A stretch of DNA of 64,000 nucleotides from Utricularia gibba. Taxonomy: Eukaryota > Plantae > Magnoliophyta. The stretch covers positions 234,691 through 298,690 of the forward strand of contig NEEC01000031.1 of the NCBI GenBank assembly GCA_002189035.1, given 5' to 3'. A model generated the notes under the pieces. The model ran no database searches, was not told the origin of the DNA, and saw only the letters and a program-made list of their open reading frames with translations. Shown here piece after piece: positions 1-13,109 of the stretch. Made by a program: the position numbers and the translations under genes. Position 1 is the first letter of the stretch; every line of letters begins with the position of its first letter.

Positions 1-838
1 CCAGGCCTGTCTCAGGGTCTTCACGTGGAATTTGAACGGCAGGTATCGGCAATAAGCTTTCTCGGTGTGAGCCATTTTTGTTATGGCTTCGGCAGCAGCG
101 TTCTCGCCACTCAGCAACTCCATCAATGGATTCTTCATTTCATTCCCAGTAATGACTCCCGTAACTCCTATAAGTTTTCCAATCAACGCCGAAGGGGCAG
201 GTTTCGCTTTAGCTCTCGCATTTGGCCAATATTTCGAGCCTGGGGAGAAACTCTTTCAAGCTACTGGCGTCGGGGTTTCTAGATCCCTCGATTATCGAAG
301 CTACGCACAAGGCGGCGCCGGTCTGATGTTGGGACCCTGCTCGATAAAGAGGGATTCCAGGAATGGGCTTGCTGAAAGTTGGAGATGTAGGCTGCGGATC
401 AAGTTACCGTGGTGCTCCGAGACAACAGGAATCAACCGGACGCACTGGCGCAGTACTGGGGATCTGTGGCGGAAATGGAGGAGAGAAATGGGAGATGAGC
501 GGGGATTCAAGCTCCGTCCCAGCAGCTCCCGGGCCTCCGCCTGCTTGTTGACGTCGTGCAAAGAAAACCAAATGCACCTCTGCCGGGAGGGCGGAGCATG
601 GAAGCAGATTTCTGGTGGCGCGTGGCGAACTTGGCGACATTCTGAACCATTATGACACATCGACCAAGTTGAGTAAAAAAAATAAATTACAGACTTGGAA
701 ATTTGGTGATGCTGTAATTCAACCAAAATGGCTACAGACTCCACAATTTCTGTTCCATAATCTCACCGCTTCTGCCATGCTCATTCATTATTCTTTCTGA
801 AGGGACATGTGTCATGCTGCAACACTTGATTGGCAGTA

Positions 839-2549
839 TTACAGTAGCCGCTTGTGCTTGTAAAATGCAACTAGAATTACGAACAGGGCGATGCTCGCGA
901 CGGTCGATCCGACGACCAGTCCGAGGAAGTTGGGCATTCCGGACTTCTCGGAATCGTAGAGGCCTATCTTGATGTTCATGGCGAACAGTCCGGACAAGGC
1001 CACGTTGGCACCGGCCAGCATCGTCCCGGTGCTCACCAGTATTCCAACTCGCAGCAGACTGTTCTGTCTGTCATCCAGAATAATGTTTATGTAGTCCTCT
1101 GTGTCGTCCACGTACTCCCTCAACTATAAAAAAGCATCAAGAGTGAAGAACACACGGACAACATGAATGGCTGCTCGACAAACTCTAAAGGGGCATTAGG
1201 AGCTCACGCTTGTCAGAGTTTGCAACGTGCCTTGAATCTGCACAAAATATGCTTCCAAGATCATCTCCAGCCCCTGAACATCATGATGCTTTGAGGAAGC
1301 AACATCCCTCGCGCTTCCTTCATCCACCACATTCTTTTCCTTGTCTCCCCTGAAAATGGTGTCCTCCCAAGTCAAGGAAACGACAAAGAGTTGTGTTAGC
1401 AAAGTAGAGGTAGTTTTAAAATGCCTGGCTTCCTCTTCTTCTTCTTCAACTTCATCATCATCATCTCCGTCGGTGATATAATTAAGAATGTTTGAATGTG
1501 ATTGCTCCAGCTTGTCTGTTAGATACATAGCTGCCATGTCATCGTCGTCATCCAGAAGATGCTCCAGTTCATCCCTGACCTGGTGTTCGATGATGATAAG
1601 CGTAAGGACATTTTCACATTCCATCCCGATGTGGGACAATCGAGTACTTACCTTCTGTACACGGCCTGTCAAGGAGGCCAAACGAGCCTTTATATTGCGC
1701 ACAAGGTCTATATTGGGAGAGCTTATCTTGGAGACCAGCTTATCTAACGCTGGATGAGCTTCTTGCTCCAACGCCTTCGCCTTCATTGAGGATTGGTGGA
1801 GCGTATCAGAGGAGAAGGAAGACGTGCTCAAATGAAAAGATGCGCGGTTGGTTACCTCACGGTCCAAGGAGACACAAACACATTGAAGACAGGCTTCGAG
1901 CGCGACAAATTCAAAGGGGAGAAGCTTTTGGGGGTTGTTCGAATGTTCACTCATGTTATTCCGGTGCTCTTTTTCGTCATCGGAGCATCCATCGCAGCTT
2001 TCTCCAGGACTGGAATGCGGCTCATTCAGACTACACAAATCTCCACCAGCTTCCTGAAAAATAAAATAATCAACACCCAGAAAAAAAGAGAATCAAAAGA
2101 TGGCTCGTCGTGAGTGCTTGTTGGCTAACCCAAGAAGAGGAAATGGCATGGCGGTGACTAAAAATCTGGCGAAGGTTGTCGATAAAAGGTGCGACCAGGG
2201 GGTGTTTGAAATTCAAAAACATGACTTGTTGGGCGGTGATGATCGCCTTTATGTGTTCGAGGTTGACGACGATGGCTGTCTCCCTCCCCAAGATCCTGGA
2301 TGGATGCGACAGGGAGGGCTCCAAGATCCTAAGATCTCGAGTCGGGATCCCCGTTCGCTTCTTGATTGCATGCTTCCCAACTTGCTCGATCACTCGGACT
2401 TGGCCCGTAGGATCCACCAAGACCCAGGCCTGAACACGCCACCCCTTCTTGTTCATGGGAGCAGCAGGAGGAGGAGGAAGAGGAGGAGGAGCCGTCCACT
2501 GTTCATCGTCGCCCTCCATCGTCGCACAGGCTCTATTTCTTCGATCCAA
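839..2549 (-). CDS. MRS2: MRS2/CorA-family magnesium transporter (MRS2-3-like), 6 exons, AMN instead of GMN
   Basis: Motifs RDLRILEP..S.P..ILGRE.AIVVNLEHIKAIITA, LPFEFVALEACL, VRDELEHLLDDDDDMA.MYLT, LEM.LEAYFVQI and REYVDDTEDYINI.LDD, plus two C-terminal TM helices. Start could be 2549 or 2519. Confidence 0.93.
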
Positions 2550-2965
2550 CCCCGTAGGCAGGCGCCATTAATAAAGGGGAGGCCGGAGGGAGCCTGCCTA
2601 CACATAGCATTGGAAGAAGATGTGCTGCCCTGTAGCACTAGAACTTGTGGTGGCCACTGGTGGAGGCACATTGCGATTGGCGAGAATGAAGAAACTGGAG
2701 TTAAACTAATCAAGATTTGATCATCAATAACCCTTTGACTAATGAACCGTTTCATTGATCACCCTACGACTTTGGACTCCATAGAAGCAAACCATTTGCT
2801 GAAGAAAATTGAATTCAAAAAACATGTGGAGACCGGATGGGTGGACACATCATTCATTGCCTTTTGCTGGGGTTATATCCGTTGGTTAATCAGGGCGGGC
2901 GAATTTGGCAAGACACAACAATATAATGATGATGATGACAGTAATAATAATAATGGTAATATCAT

Positions 2966-5652
2966 CTATCTGTTCATCGGTTCCAGCTGAACCTCCGACG
3001 AAACGCCGTCCTTCTCTACGCTAACTCCGTTCGGACTCAACAGGTCAATGCCCTCTTCCTCACTGTTGCCCAATACCCAACTGCTTTGTCCGAGGCACTA
3101 ATGCCTCGGCGTCGACTCATCGCACGGAACTCTAAATAAACTACGAACAAGGCCGTGACGAGGAACCAGAGTATCAGAGCCCAGCTGAGTCCGTGGACGT
3201 TTTCGTCGCCGTACCGGTCCCCTAAATGCTTCATTCCACTGAAGAGAGCTGCAATGCCCAACCCAAAACCGCATCTCCCGGTTATGACATGGATATACTC
3301 CCATATCACCCTCTTTGTGGAAGCTGCTTCCCCGTTTGCAGGCTTTTTGGGTCTTAGGTACGCGTTGATCGGCTGGGCTACCGCCAGAAATATTGCCACC
3401 AACCCCAAAATAACATGTAAAGAATCGAGAATTAGACCACGCAGTTCAGCAACGGCAAAAAGAAATCCCAGGAAAACGATCGCCAATCCTGAGCGTTGCA
3501 TGTACACGTGAATCCGGAACCAACTATCATCCTTCATGTGTTTTAGGTACCTAGCAGCCAGAATCCCTCCGGGCAGCAAAATCCCCCATGCCAGAAACAT
3601 CATGAAACCATGTACAGCCAAAACTGGCCACAAGCCCTCCTCGGCTTCTGCAGAGCCATGCATCAGCAGCACGCTCATCGGCCTCTTGCTGGTCATGAAA
3701 TGCATGTTCCTCTCGCTCAGGTTGCTAGCAGTGGCGGACCACTGAGCGCCCATGGCCCATATAACTTTCAAAGGAGATGAAGGATCAATTATATTGCTGC
3801 ACTCTGGCCTTCCCTTTCGATCACAACATGGATTCAGCGGACGTGTAAACTCCAGTGTGATAATGCTATTTTCAGATTTGCATCGTACATATGTCAAGTT
3901 CTCCTGTGTTGGATGCACATTTGAAGCATCCCTTCCATCAATCCAGTAAGTGCTCACATTTCCACCACCACTTTCGCCAATGTACCCCACGTAAACGTAG
4001 CTATTCACCATCCCACGGCCAAATCCGATTGCAAGATAGCCACTTTTCTTCTCAGCTCTCGCAGCAATGGAGATTGAATTCTCTGACAAAGTCCAGAAGA
4101 ACATAACTTGCTGATCATCCAACGCAACACTGTTATTATACATGTCTGGCAAACCTCCATCCACCACCTGGACTTTCCATCCCATTTTCGGCGTGAAAAG
4201 AGAATGGTAGTAAACAAGATCCGGCGTGTTTCTATCAGGTGCCCATGTCAACTCTGTTGGACTTGCTGGAACACCTTCTGCTTCTGGACCCCAAAATATA
4301 TAGTTTCTGACATGTTTCTCAAAGTTGCGTTCCCACCAATAGGATCCGATGTGATATAAAATGCCACATCATGTCCAGCTTGTATCGAAAACTTCACTGG
4401 AACACCCCTCTCTACCCTCAAAAGAGGAGCTTCTTTCTTGTTAATATAAAGAACTTTCGTAGGATTCGGGGGTTCGGATAGTGCAATGCCGGGCCACTCG
4501 ATATAATGATCGGATCCTTTTTATCAGCAATAACAAGATCCTGGTCCTCTTTATCCACAGCATCAAGTGGTCCTATACAATCATTTCTATGCTCAGATAT
4601 GTTAAGCCTCAAATGACCAAAACTTCCACCATGATTCTGAGGAAGGTAGAAAGGACGAATACTATCTGGTGGCTTCATCGAGCCAGTAGCCCATATCACA
4701 ACCATATTTTCCTTGGGATCAACTTTGATGTCATAGTTGGTATCATTAGATTGCAATTGCCTCCTGTACCTGATAAATGATACTCCATCGCTTCTATGCC
4801 ATAGACTAAGCTCGTGTCATTTTCCAGGCCACTGGAAACAGAAGTATTATAGATTGTATCCGGACAAACACCCTGAACAGTTCCATCCTGATTTTTCGTG
4901 CATTCAGTCATTTTTGTAATATAATAATCATGGGCAAATGGCAAGCCATCATTATCAAAGCCTGCAACAACAACATCACTCCCTATCATCAAAGAACCTG
5001 AAGCATTGGGCTTTGCCCAACCAAAAGCCATGTAACCATCAATTTCAACAGTAGCCTCCAAAGCAATTTCCATGGAATCATTTCCAGTTTCAAAATTCCA
5101 CCACATCCGATATGTATCCAACAAAACTATACAATTTCTTAGAGCAGTAAGTGGTTGGACTATTGATGGATTCACCCCACCATCTGGAGAGTAATTACTC
5201 AACAAAACATGGCCAAAATCAGAAGATGTTGGAACATCCCAAACTGCAACAACTTCGATTTGATCCCAAGTCAAATTATCCCGCAAATGAACAATAAAGC
5301 TCTCATTTTTGAATGTCTGATTAAGAGGAAAATCTGAAATGATGAAGCCATTAGTGAGATTTTGAAAGTCATCCCCAGCTGCACCCCACCAGTGGACATC
5401 AGACCCCGGGAGCATATCAAACTGAGAAACCCGAAACGAACAGCCATCGAGGATGGAAAACTGACCACGAAGCTGATGCTGAACCATTGTAAATTGTGAG
5501 GTAAAGTTGAGAAGAGACGAATTGGTCAAATGGCATCCCATACCCGGATCAGAATAGGAGAGATGAATAAAACCCAGGAGAACACATGAAATGAAGAGAG
5601 CGGTTGGGGCCATAATGAGAGACTGGCTACGAGGGATCGTACTCCGTCCCAT
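2966..5652 (-). CDS. Cytochrome b561, DM13 and DOMON domain protein (At5g54830-like); four apparent 1-bp frameshifts
   Basis: Signal peptide, DM13 (QHQLRGQFSILDGCSFRVSQFDML), two DOMON domains (GYMAFGW, GYLAIGFG) and cyt b561 (AVHGFMMFLAWGILLPGGILAARYLKH). ORFs 4696-5652, 4418-4756 and 3037-4251 join by 1-bp shifts at about 4800, 4470, 4290 and 3092. The corrected frame ends ..EVQLEPMNR* at 2966. Confidence 0.9.
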
Positions 5653-7761
5653 GAGAATCCAGTATACTCAAATACACATAATTCACCAGTTTGCAGTCGT
5701 CTGCAACTGACTGACTAGTTTAGAAAAAAGGAGTTTTTAGAAAGAGAAACCGAAACAAAGAGTTCCCCTGGGTAAGTTGCCCCTTTCAAGTCTGAAGATG
5801 CAATTTTGAACAGAGAAGTTCTACCTTCCTTCCAAATGCATTCAACCTAGAGCGGAATTTCTCTAAACCTGGTTGGTCCCTGTAAGTACAAAGTTAAGAC
5901 GAGTAGCATGATGGGGGATAAATGGGTCTGGGTGGACTAGAACAAACACAGAAATTAGAGAGCGTGATGTTTTTGAGAAGGTCATAACCAGTCGTCAAGG
6001 CATGGAATAGTCAATGACAATCTGGATTACCAGACAGAACCTTGAAATCGATCCAATTCAAATTCAGAAAGGCGGGTGGCTTACCTTGACAGGAATAAAG
6101 GTGATGAAAACGCTCAATGATCAACGAAACTATCATCAAGATGAGGAACACGGAACTAAAACGGCTGTCCCTCAGCAGAAACTTCCTCGGCGCCGATCTC
6201 CGATCTGCCGTCGTCGTTAGGCGTCTTCGTCCCCGCGAGACATCTAAATTGCGGCCGCCAGGAAATCCTGAAACATTCGATTTCAATTTCAATCCAAAGA
6301 AACTCACCAAGAAAAGGAAGAAATAAACGCGCACACACATGAATCCCTTACACCGCGTATGTAGTAAGATGAATCCGGGATCATCAAACAAACCCATGTA
6401 TTCATTCAATTCAATTGAGAGGGATATTCACCTTCACAGCGCAAAAGCTGATGCTGTAATCAACAGCAAGAGCATGGAACTTGAGAAAAATTGGATTGGG
6501 GGTTTTGTTGATATGATCCCCCCGAGCCTTTCCCCTTTAACTCGGCCGGCGTATCTTCGGGGAAGGGTGTTATCGTCAGATCACTTTGGTCTGACTTTTT
6601 TTAATTAAGAGCAGTCTTGTAGGCATTTAGGATCTGTCTTTGCTACTTCAACATTAATTTGGAATAAATAAAATAACAATAGCCATCCACATAAAGTTTA
6701 AATTTTTAACATCATCGAATGGTCGGTACAGTTGACACTTGACATTGCAACAGTAATTGTGTACAAAAGTCAAAGGGCTGCTCATAAGAAGTATGTACAG
6801 CTTCTACTCTACTGCATTCCGTTGCGAGGAGGTAGCTCCAAGGGAATGAATGCTCAACAGGGTATTCTATTAATATTTGTGTTACACAATGCACCCGGGT
6901 TTGTACTGAATGGAAATGAACCAACTCACATCTCATGAAGGGAGGAGGAAACTCACTCTGAAATCCGGAGCCAGCAGCTTCGAGCTTCATAGACAGACTT
7001 CCCATTCTGGAACCCGGTTAGCCGCCTTCATCGGGAATGGAGAGCGACCATTTAAAGTGTAAGAAGATGGCTGGCAGCCGCTGTAAATGATTGCTAATTA
7101 ATCACATCCGTTCCTGGAAATATATCTATCCATTTCCAGTCAACACCCAGAGCGAGAAGTTTGCGTGGAGAAGGATCCACGTAAAGAAGATAGTGAAGGT
7201 GGAACCACAAAAGTCGCTAATGAATGAGATTGACGGCTTGCGATTCTCTAGTAGAACCACTGTTCAGCTTTTTTACAAAAGAAAAAAATGGGTTGCACGC
7301 TCTTAAATTCGAACATGTTCACCTCCCTCTCCCATGCAAGACGCCAAAAAGAGTTGTATGGGAAGAATTTAAAAAATGTTTCATTATTCCAACATCCCAA
7401 GTGGAAAGAATGGTGGGAGCCTCTTTAAGTTTTTCCTCTAGGTAGAGCATGTGATCTGAGCAGAGGACGCTCATGAGGGTGACTTGCAACTTCCCCTTTG
7501 TTTGGTTTTCGGCAATTCTTTAAGATAATGGATTTGGACACTTTGGTGTGTATCGCATTCTATTCGGTACTCTATATTTTTATAAAAATCAGTGACTATA
7601 CTAATATAGATACGAAAATCCGATGTTTCAAACGAATGTACACATACTTGGGAGTGGGGTAAAAGGGCACTAAAGTGGAGAAAGAACCAAACTTGGCATA
7701 AAAATTTATTTCAGGAGCGAAACTGTCAGCAACCAAAATGCTTAGCAGACTGTAATCATCA

Positions 7762-8737
7762 TCAATCAGCTCTTTCTACAGTAGTTTTGAAGAGAAGTAT
7801 GTACAGTTTGTGATCCAAGCACAAGTAAATGAAGGCACCCACTGAATGAGTCACAAATGAACCGAAGCTGGTCCCCACGATGCAGTGCCAAGCCGGACCA
7901 TATACCCCGTCAAACTCCTGCACAAACCCATGTTCATCAATCCACCAAGAAAGGGAAAAACAGAGTTACCATTTACCAGTTTACCACCGGATCCCCTGCA
8001 TTGAAGGTAGCACCAACTACCGACTAGTCTGTCTCAATTCAGCATTGACAAGGAGCTTAAACAGTAAGGTGATGCTCTGGTCGATTCCTTACCTTTTTTA
8101 TGGTTAAAGCCATTGTCTTTGAGGTGAGCTTCTCCAAACTGTCGTGAGCTCTTCTTGCAGAGTCGACGGCGTGAATCTGCATGAAGGGAGGCATATCTAC
8201 TGCCAGTATCTTGCAACCAGATGAAGAGAAGAAATAGGCGAGCTCAAACGGTGAGCTGCCGAACGACAATCTCCCTCTGCATCCGGCTAGCATCGAGGGC
8301 GATGGAAATGAGGAAACAGAGACTCTTCTCACCTCCTTCACCTCATCTTCCTCCGGAATCGGTTGGGGGAATTGGGACCCACTTTTGGAACCCTGTCTAC
8401 AAAATTTGGGCTTCTCTAGGGCGTGTTTCATGAAAAATTGAGGCTCTGGGGCGGGGATCGAGCTTCTCCCCTCATGCTGGCTTCTTGATTTCCTCAAAAT
8501 TGTGGAAGAAGAAGAGATTGAGGACGGTTTGGATGTGGTATCATCTAACTCGGGCTCAGGGTGGGGGTGGGGAGGTGGGTTGGGGTGCCTCAAGTTGAAC
8601 CCAAGTTTCCTGTGATTAGCGTAGAGCTTCGAAAATCTCTGGGAAATGCTGTGGATCATAAACGACGGAGAAGGATGGGGATCTGGGAGTGGATGCAGCG
8701 GCTCCGGCGATGGGCGACGGTTGTTCTTGGGTTCCAT
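7762..8737 (-). CDS. Dynein light chain type 1 (LC8) family protein with long plant-type N-terminal extension, 2 exons (8737-8093; 7917-7762)
   Basis: [34 protein letters not shown] | [30 protein letters not shown]; GT-AG intron read directly. Confidence 0.9.
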
Positions 8738-9340
8738 GTGCCGGCGATGGAGAAGATGGGGCTGAGGGTGCGCTGCGAGATGGATAGGGCAGTAGCAGGG
8801 GAGGGGGGGGGGGGGGGTGTTGCTATTGCTATTCTGCTGATGAATATGTACGGTGTGGGAAGAGAGGAGCACTAAAATGCGCCGAGTCCCCCATGATCTG
8901 CTGCTTGGTCGTAGGCAGACAGACACGTGGGACACTGGCTAGCTCGATTCCATTCAATGGCGCTACACTACACTGCTGCTCCTACTCCTACTCCTACTCC
9001 GCCCCCCTGCGCGCAGTTCCGTGACGTAGTGGGAAAGTAAAACAAGCTTCCCACTCCACGGCCCACGCCAAAGAAACATTTTTGTTGCAGAAAAAAGGAA
9101 GCTGTTACGGGGGAACTGGCGATGGGATGTAACAATTGTATGCAGCTGTTGGTGTGTTGGTGATGGTGATGCTTTGCATTACTTATTGTTGTGGACTGGG
9201 AGTTGCCACTTGGTGGTGTAGGTGATTAGTCTGGTTATGCAGTCACGTGGTGTGCCTGGAGTCGTGTTTAGGCCGGAGGGAGGGCGTTACCAAGAGAGAG
9301 CTCCTCCTGCCCCGGGCCCGGTCGTCGGGATCTACCACCC

Positions 9341-9369
9341 CAGGCTCAGGCTCAGGCTCAGGCTCAGGC
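9341..9369. repeat. (CAGGCT)4+ hexanucleotide microsatellite
   Basis: caggctcaggctcaggctcaggctcaggc read directly. Confidence 0.9.
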
Positions 9370-10277
9370 CCAGCGGCTCCGTTTTGAATTTCTGTGGAGC
9401 CTACTGCTACAGTGGACCTATTCCACCTCAGACCATCCGCCCCCTTTGTTTGACCTTTTTTGATTTGTAGATGCTGCTAATTTGTAAGTAAAAGCAGCAG
9501 CAAGATTTGAACAATCTGTATTTGCACCAGGCGTGTGCAGGTGCTGGGGGATTGGGAAAGGGAAAGGAGGGCAGGGCATCCCCACTCACTCACTCAATCT
9601 ACCTGGTAACAAAATTGAGTAACGGGATCGGTTGTGCCTGCCTGCCTGCCTGCCTGGTTCTAGTTAGTATCTTTCTCTCATCAACATAACACCATTTGCA
9701 CTTGTTTGAGCCTTCCCCTTAAACTCCATACCCCATACTTGGTATTTTTGTCTGCCTTCGTATTTCCATGTTTGAATTAGGTAATATATTTATTATTTTC
9801 TATCCGGTTCCCGATTTTAAAAAGGGAAAAAGTTGAATTTGAAAAGGGGGCCGGGGCCGGGGGAGAACTTGGATGCATCGTCATCTTTCACTCGACTACT
9901 CAACTTTGGGGAGGGAATAGGCGCGTGTAACCCTACGATCCCCTTCAACGCACACCACGTCTCCCCCCCTCCTCCCTCTCTCCGCCAATAGATACACTCA
10001 ACTTGTGTATCTACCCCTGTGCCGCTCGAAGACGCGGTCGCGGTGGTGGTACCCCCTTAGGCTCAACCCTGTACTGAACTAATATCCGCCTATTGGAGGA
10101 GGCGTTGTTTCCAGGTCCCGGACAAAAGCGTGCCTCTTGGATTCTATGAACCCCTCCCTATTCTATTTCTTTCTGTTGATCTTCGCTTCATTCGCATGAT
10201 CGCCGCCCTATTTCGCACCATTTCCCCTACACCCTTCTTCCTTTTTATTCTTTTCTGAAAATTCTACCAGTTGGAAG

Positions 10278-13109
10278 ATGAAGTCGGCCAATTCGGAAGT
10301 CTTGTTTGGCGTTGCCCGGAAGAGGTCAGCTCGACTCCTGCTTCTGGTGTTTGTCTTATACGTTATTTTGGTGGGTTTCGAGGTTCCTATACTATTTAGA
10401 AACGGACTGAGTATGGTATCTGAAGAGGGGTTGGTTAGCAGCAGTAACGGGATCATGAATTCAAAGCCTTTTGCACTTGAAAGCGAGGAGAATCTGGAGG
10501 AGAAAGAGGCCCCTATTCGCCCCTTTGATGTTTCATATCAGAGAAACAGCAGAGAGCTGACCAAGCCGTCGCTTTCTACCTTGAATTTCTCTGCAGCCAT
10601 CGCTGATTCGAGTATGGAAGGCGGGATGTTTAATTCCGCAAGAGATGCCCTTGAACTCGGTAGAAGGCTTTGGAAAGATGTTGAATTGATCCATAAAAAC
10701 AATATCAGGTCTTCTTTCAGCGCACCCACGGGCAGCAGGGATTCTGAGACGTGCCCACATTCAGTATCGGTCACAGACGATGAATTTTCAAGGAATGGGA
10801 AACTTCTGGTGTTGCCTTGTGGGCTCACGTTGGGGTCCCATATCACGGTGATCGGAAAACCGAGGGGGCACACGCTGAAACTGATACAAAGATTTCGCTT
10901 TTGAGGGAGGGGCAGTATATAATGGTCTCACAGTTTATGATGGAGTTGCAAGGGCTGAAGGCTGTGGAAGGGGAGGATCCTCCGAGAATACTGCATTTTA
11001 ATCCTAGGCTGAAGGGGGACTGGAGCGGGAAGCCAGTCATTGAGATGAATACCTGTTACCGCATGCAGTGGGGAACCTCGCACCGATGTGAAGGTTGGAG
11101 GTCTCGGGCGGATGAGGAGACGGGTGAGTGCAATATTTATGGGGCAAATGTTACTCCTAATCTGTGTTTTGCTTGCTTTTTGTATGTACTAAGTGTTAAG
11201 CCATCTATCTCATCACGGATGGTTAACTACTGATCTTGATCAAGAAATGGTGACTGCCACCAATGACATCTGTGCAACTTGAAATTGTACTGTCGAAATT
11301 GGGTTAACTGTTGAGGTTGCTAGAAAGTTGAAAATTTATGCTCTTTGTTTTCCCACTTTAGATATGTATTTTCTTAGGATTTTTGTAGTGGAAAAAACGT
11401 TGAATGTGAATTTTCGTTGCTTCGCAGTGTGCACTGTATGGTATCATCACTCGTATTATATTTGAAGTGCAATATGCAGTCAAGATCCTTGATGGGTACT
11501 GCAGCTTATTTGATGAATTTTGTGCAGTTGATGAAATGGTCAAATGTGAACGTTGGATTCGGGATGATGATATCAAATCAGAGGAATCAAAGTCTGCATG
11601 GTGGTTGGCCCGTTTAATTGGAAGAACCAAAAAGGTTTCTGTTGATTGGCCTTACCCTTTTGTGGAAGACAAATTATTTGTACTCACTCTCACAGCTGGT
11701 TTGGAAGGTTACCATGTCAACGTTGATGGAAGGCATGTCACCTCATTTCCTTACCGAACGGTGAGAATTCTACTGGATTTCAATGTTCCTTAGTTTTTTA
11801 ATGTGTTCTTTTATGAATATTTATGTTTTGAAGTATAAAACTAGGGATTTGCCCTTGAGGATGCTACTGGATTATCAATCAATGGAGATGTCGACATCCA
11901 ATCTGTTTTTGCTGCTTCATTGCCATCTTCGCATCCCAGTTTTGCACCTCAGAGACATCTTGATTTGTCTGAAAGATGGAAGGCTCCTCCGATCCCAGAC
12001 AAACCTGCTGAACTATTCATAGGTATTCTTTCGGCTGGAAACCACTTTGCAGAACGTATGGCTGTGAGGAAGTCCTGGATGCAGCATAATCTTATCAAAT
12101 CTTCAAAAGCTGTTGCACGGTTTTTTGTTGCATTGGTGGGTACATACAAATTGTTTCTTGAATTATGAAAAGATATTCTTGAGCTAAGATTGGAGCCAAT
12201 GTTTTTAACAGCACGGACGGAAAGAGGTAAACATAGAATTAAGGAAGGAAGCAGAGTTTTTTGGTGACATTGTTATAGTTCCATATATGGACAACTATGA
12301 TCTGGTTGTTCTCAAAACGATAGCCATCTGCGATTATGGGGTTAGTTGTGAATTGCCAACCAAATCTTTACCACTCTGCCACTCTCAGTTTCCTATCTTC
12401 AACTCAATTTGTCTACTGGTGTTGTTGCAGGTGAGGATTGTGGCTGCCAAATATGTTATGAAGGGAGACGATGACACATTCGTAAGGATAGATGCTATTA
12501 TCGATGAAGCGAGAAAACTTCAAGACAGGAGCTTTTACATCGGAAATATGAACTACTATCATAAGCCACAGCGTAGTGGTAAATGGGCTGTTACATATGA
12601 GGTATATTGCCTTGCTGTAAGATTGCCCTTATTTTGATGAACTACTATCATGTTTTCATGTTTTTGTTTTGACCTTGTTGCGCTCATTTATGTTTTGTGC
12701 TTTTTAGGAATGGCCAGAGGAAAGTTACCCACCATATGCAAACGGACCGGGTTATATACTCTCATCCGATATTGCAAAATCCATTCTTTCCGAATTCCAT
12801 GGAGGCAAGCTACGGGTAAGCATAGCCAAACCTCTTTATTCTTGTACAATGCAGGTTTTCATTTCCCATTTTTCTTGAGCTGGAACTTGTTATTGGCAGT
12901 TGTTCAAAATGGAAGATGTTAGTGTGGGAATGTGGGTTGAGAAATTTAATGGCACAACCCCAGTGGAGTATGTCCACAGCCTGAAATTCTGCCAATTTGG
13001 GTGTGTCGAAGACTACATAACTGCACATTACCAGTCCCCAAGGCAAATGCTCTGCCTTTGGGAGAAGCTAATACTTTTTGGTAGGCCTTCTTGTTGCAAC
13101 ATGAGATGA
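10278..13109 (+). CDS. GALT: Hydroxyproline O-galactosyltransferase (GT31, galectin + Galactosyl_T; GALT4/5/6-like); one apparent 1-bp frameshift at about 10866
   Basis: N-terminal [96 protein letters not shown] and C-terminal CCNMR*. Confidence 0.93.

Noticed and set aside
2100-2720. 206-aa plus-strand ORF and similar long antisense ORFs (1488-1757, 10538-10873, 15177-15554, 47516-47821)
   Set aside because: These are shadows of real genes on the opposite strand, with no family motifs.
2966-5652. Calling the DOMON/b561, GALT or full-length glucosidase genes pseudogenes
   Set aside because: The lesions are isolated -1 events, mostly in G/C runs, in otherwise conserved frames, which fits sequencing error better.
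6011-7090. ORFs 6011-6409 and 6712-7005
   Set aside because: No recognisable motifs. The first overlaps the probable 5' UTR exon/intron of the DOMON gene.
9220-9290. Short resemblance to my recollection of plant telomerase RNA segments (GATTAGTCTG.TTAT, TTAGGCCGG)
   Set aside because: No template-length telomere complement, wrong spacing, no USE/TATA upstream, and the comparison rests on memory.
10061-10135. GCTCAACCCTGTAC followed by GGCGTTGTTTCC, loosely telomerase-RNA-like
   Set aside because: The implied repeat (TTGAGGG) matches neither terminal repeat, there is no type-3 promoter, and it lies in the probable GALT leader. An Infernal search with a plant TR model would settle it.
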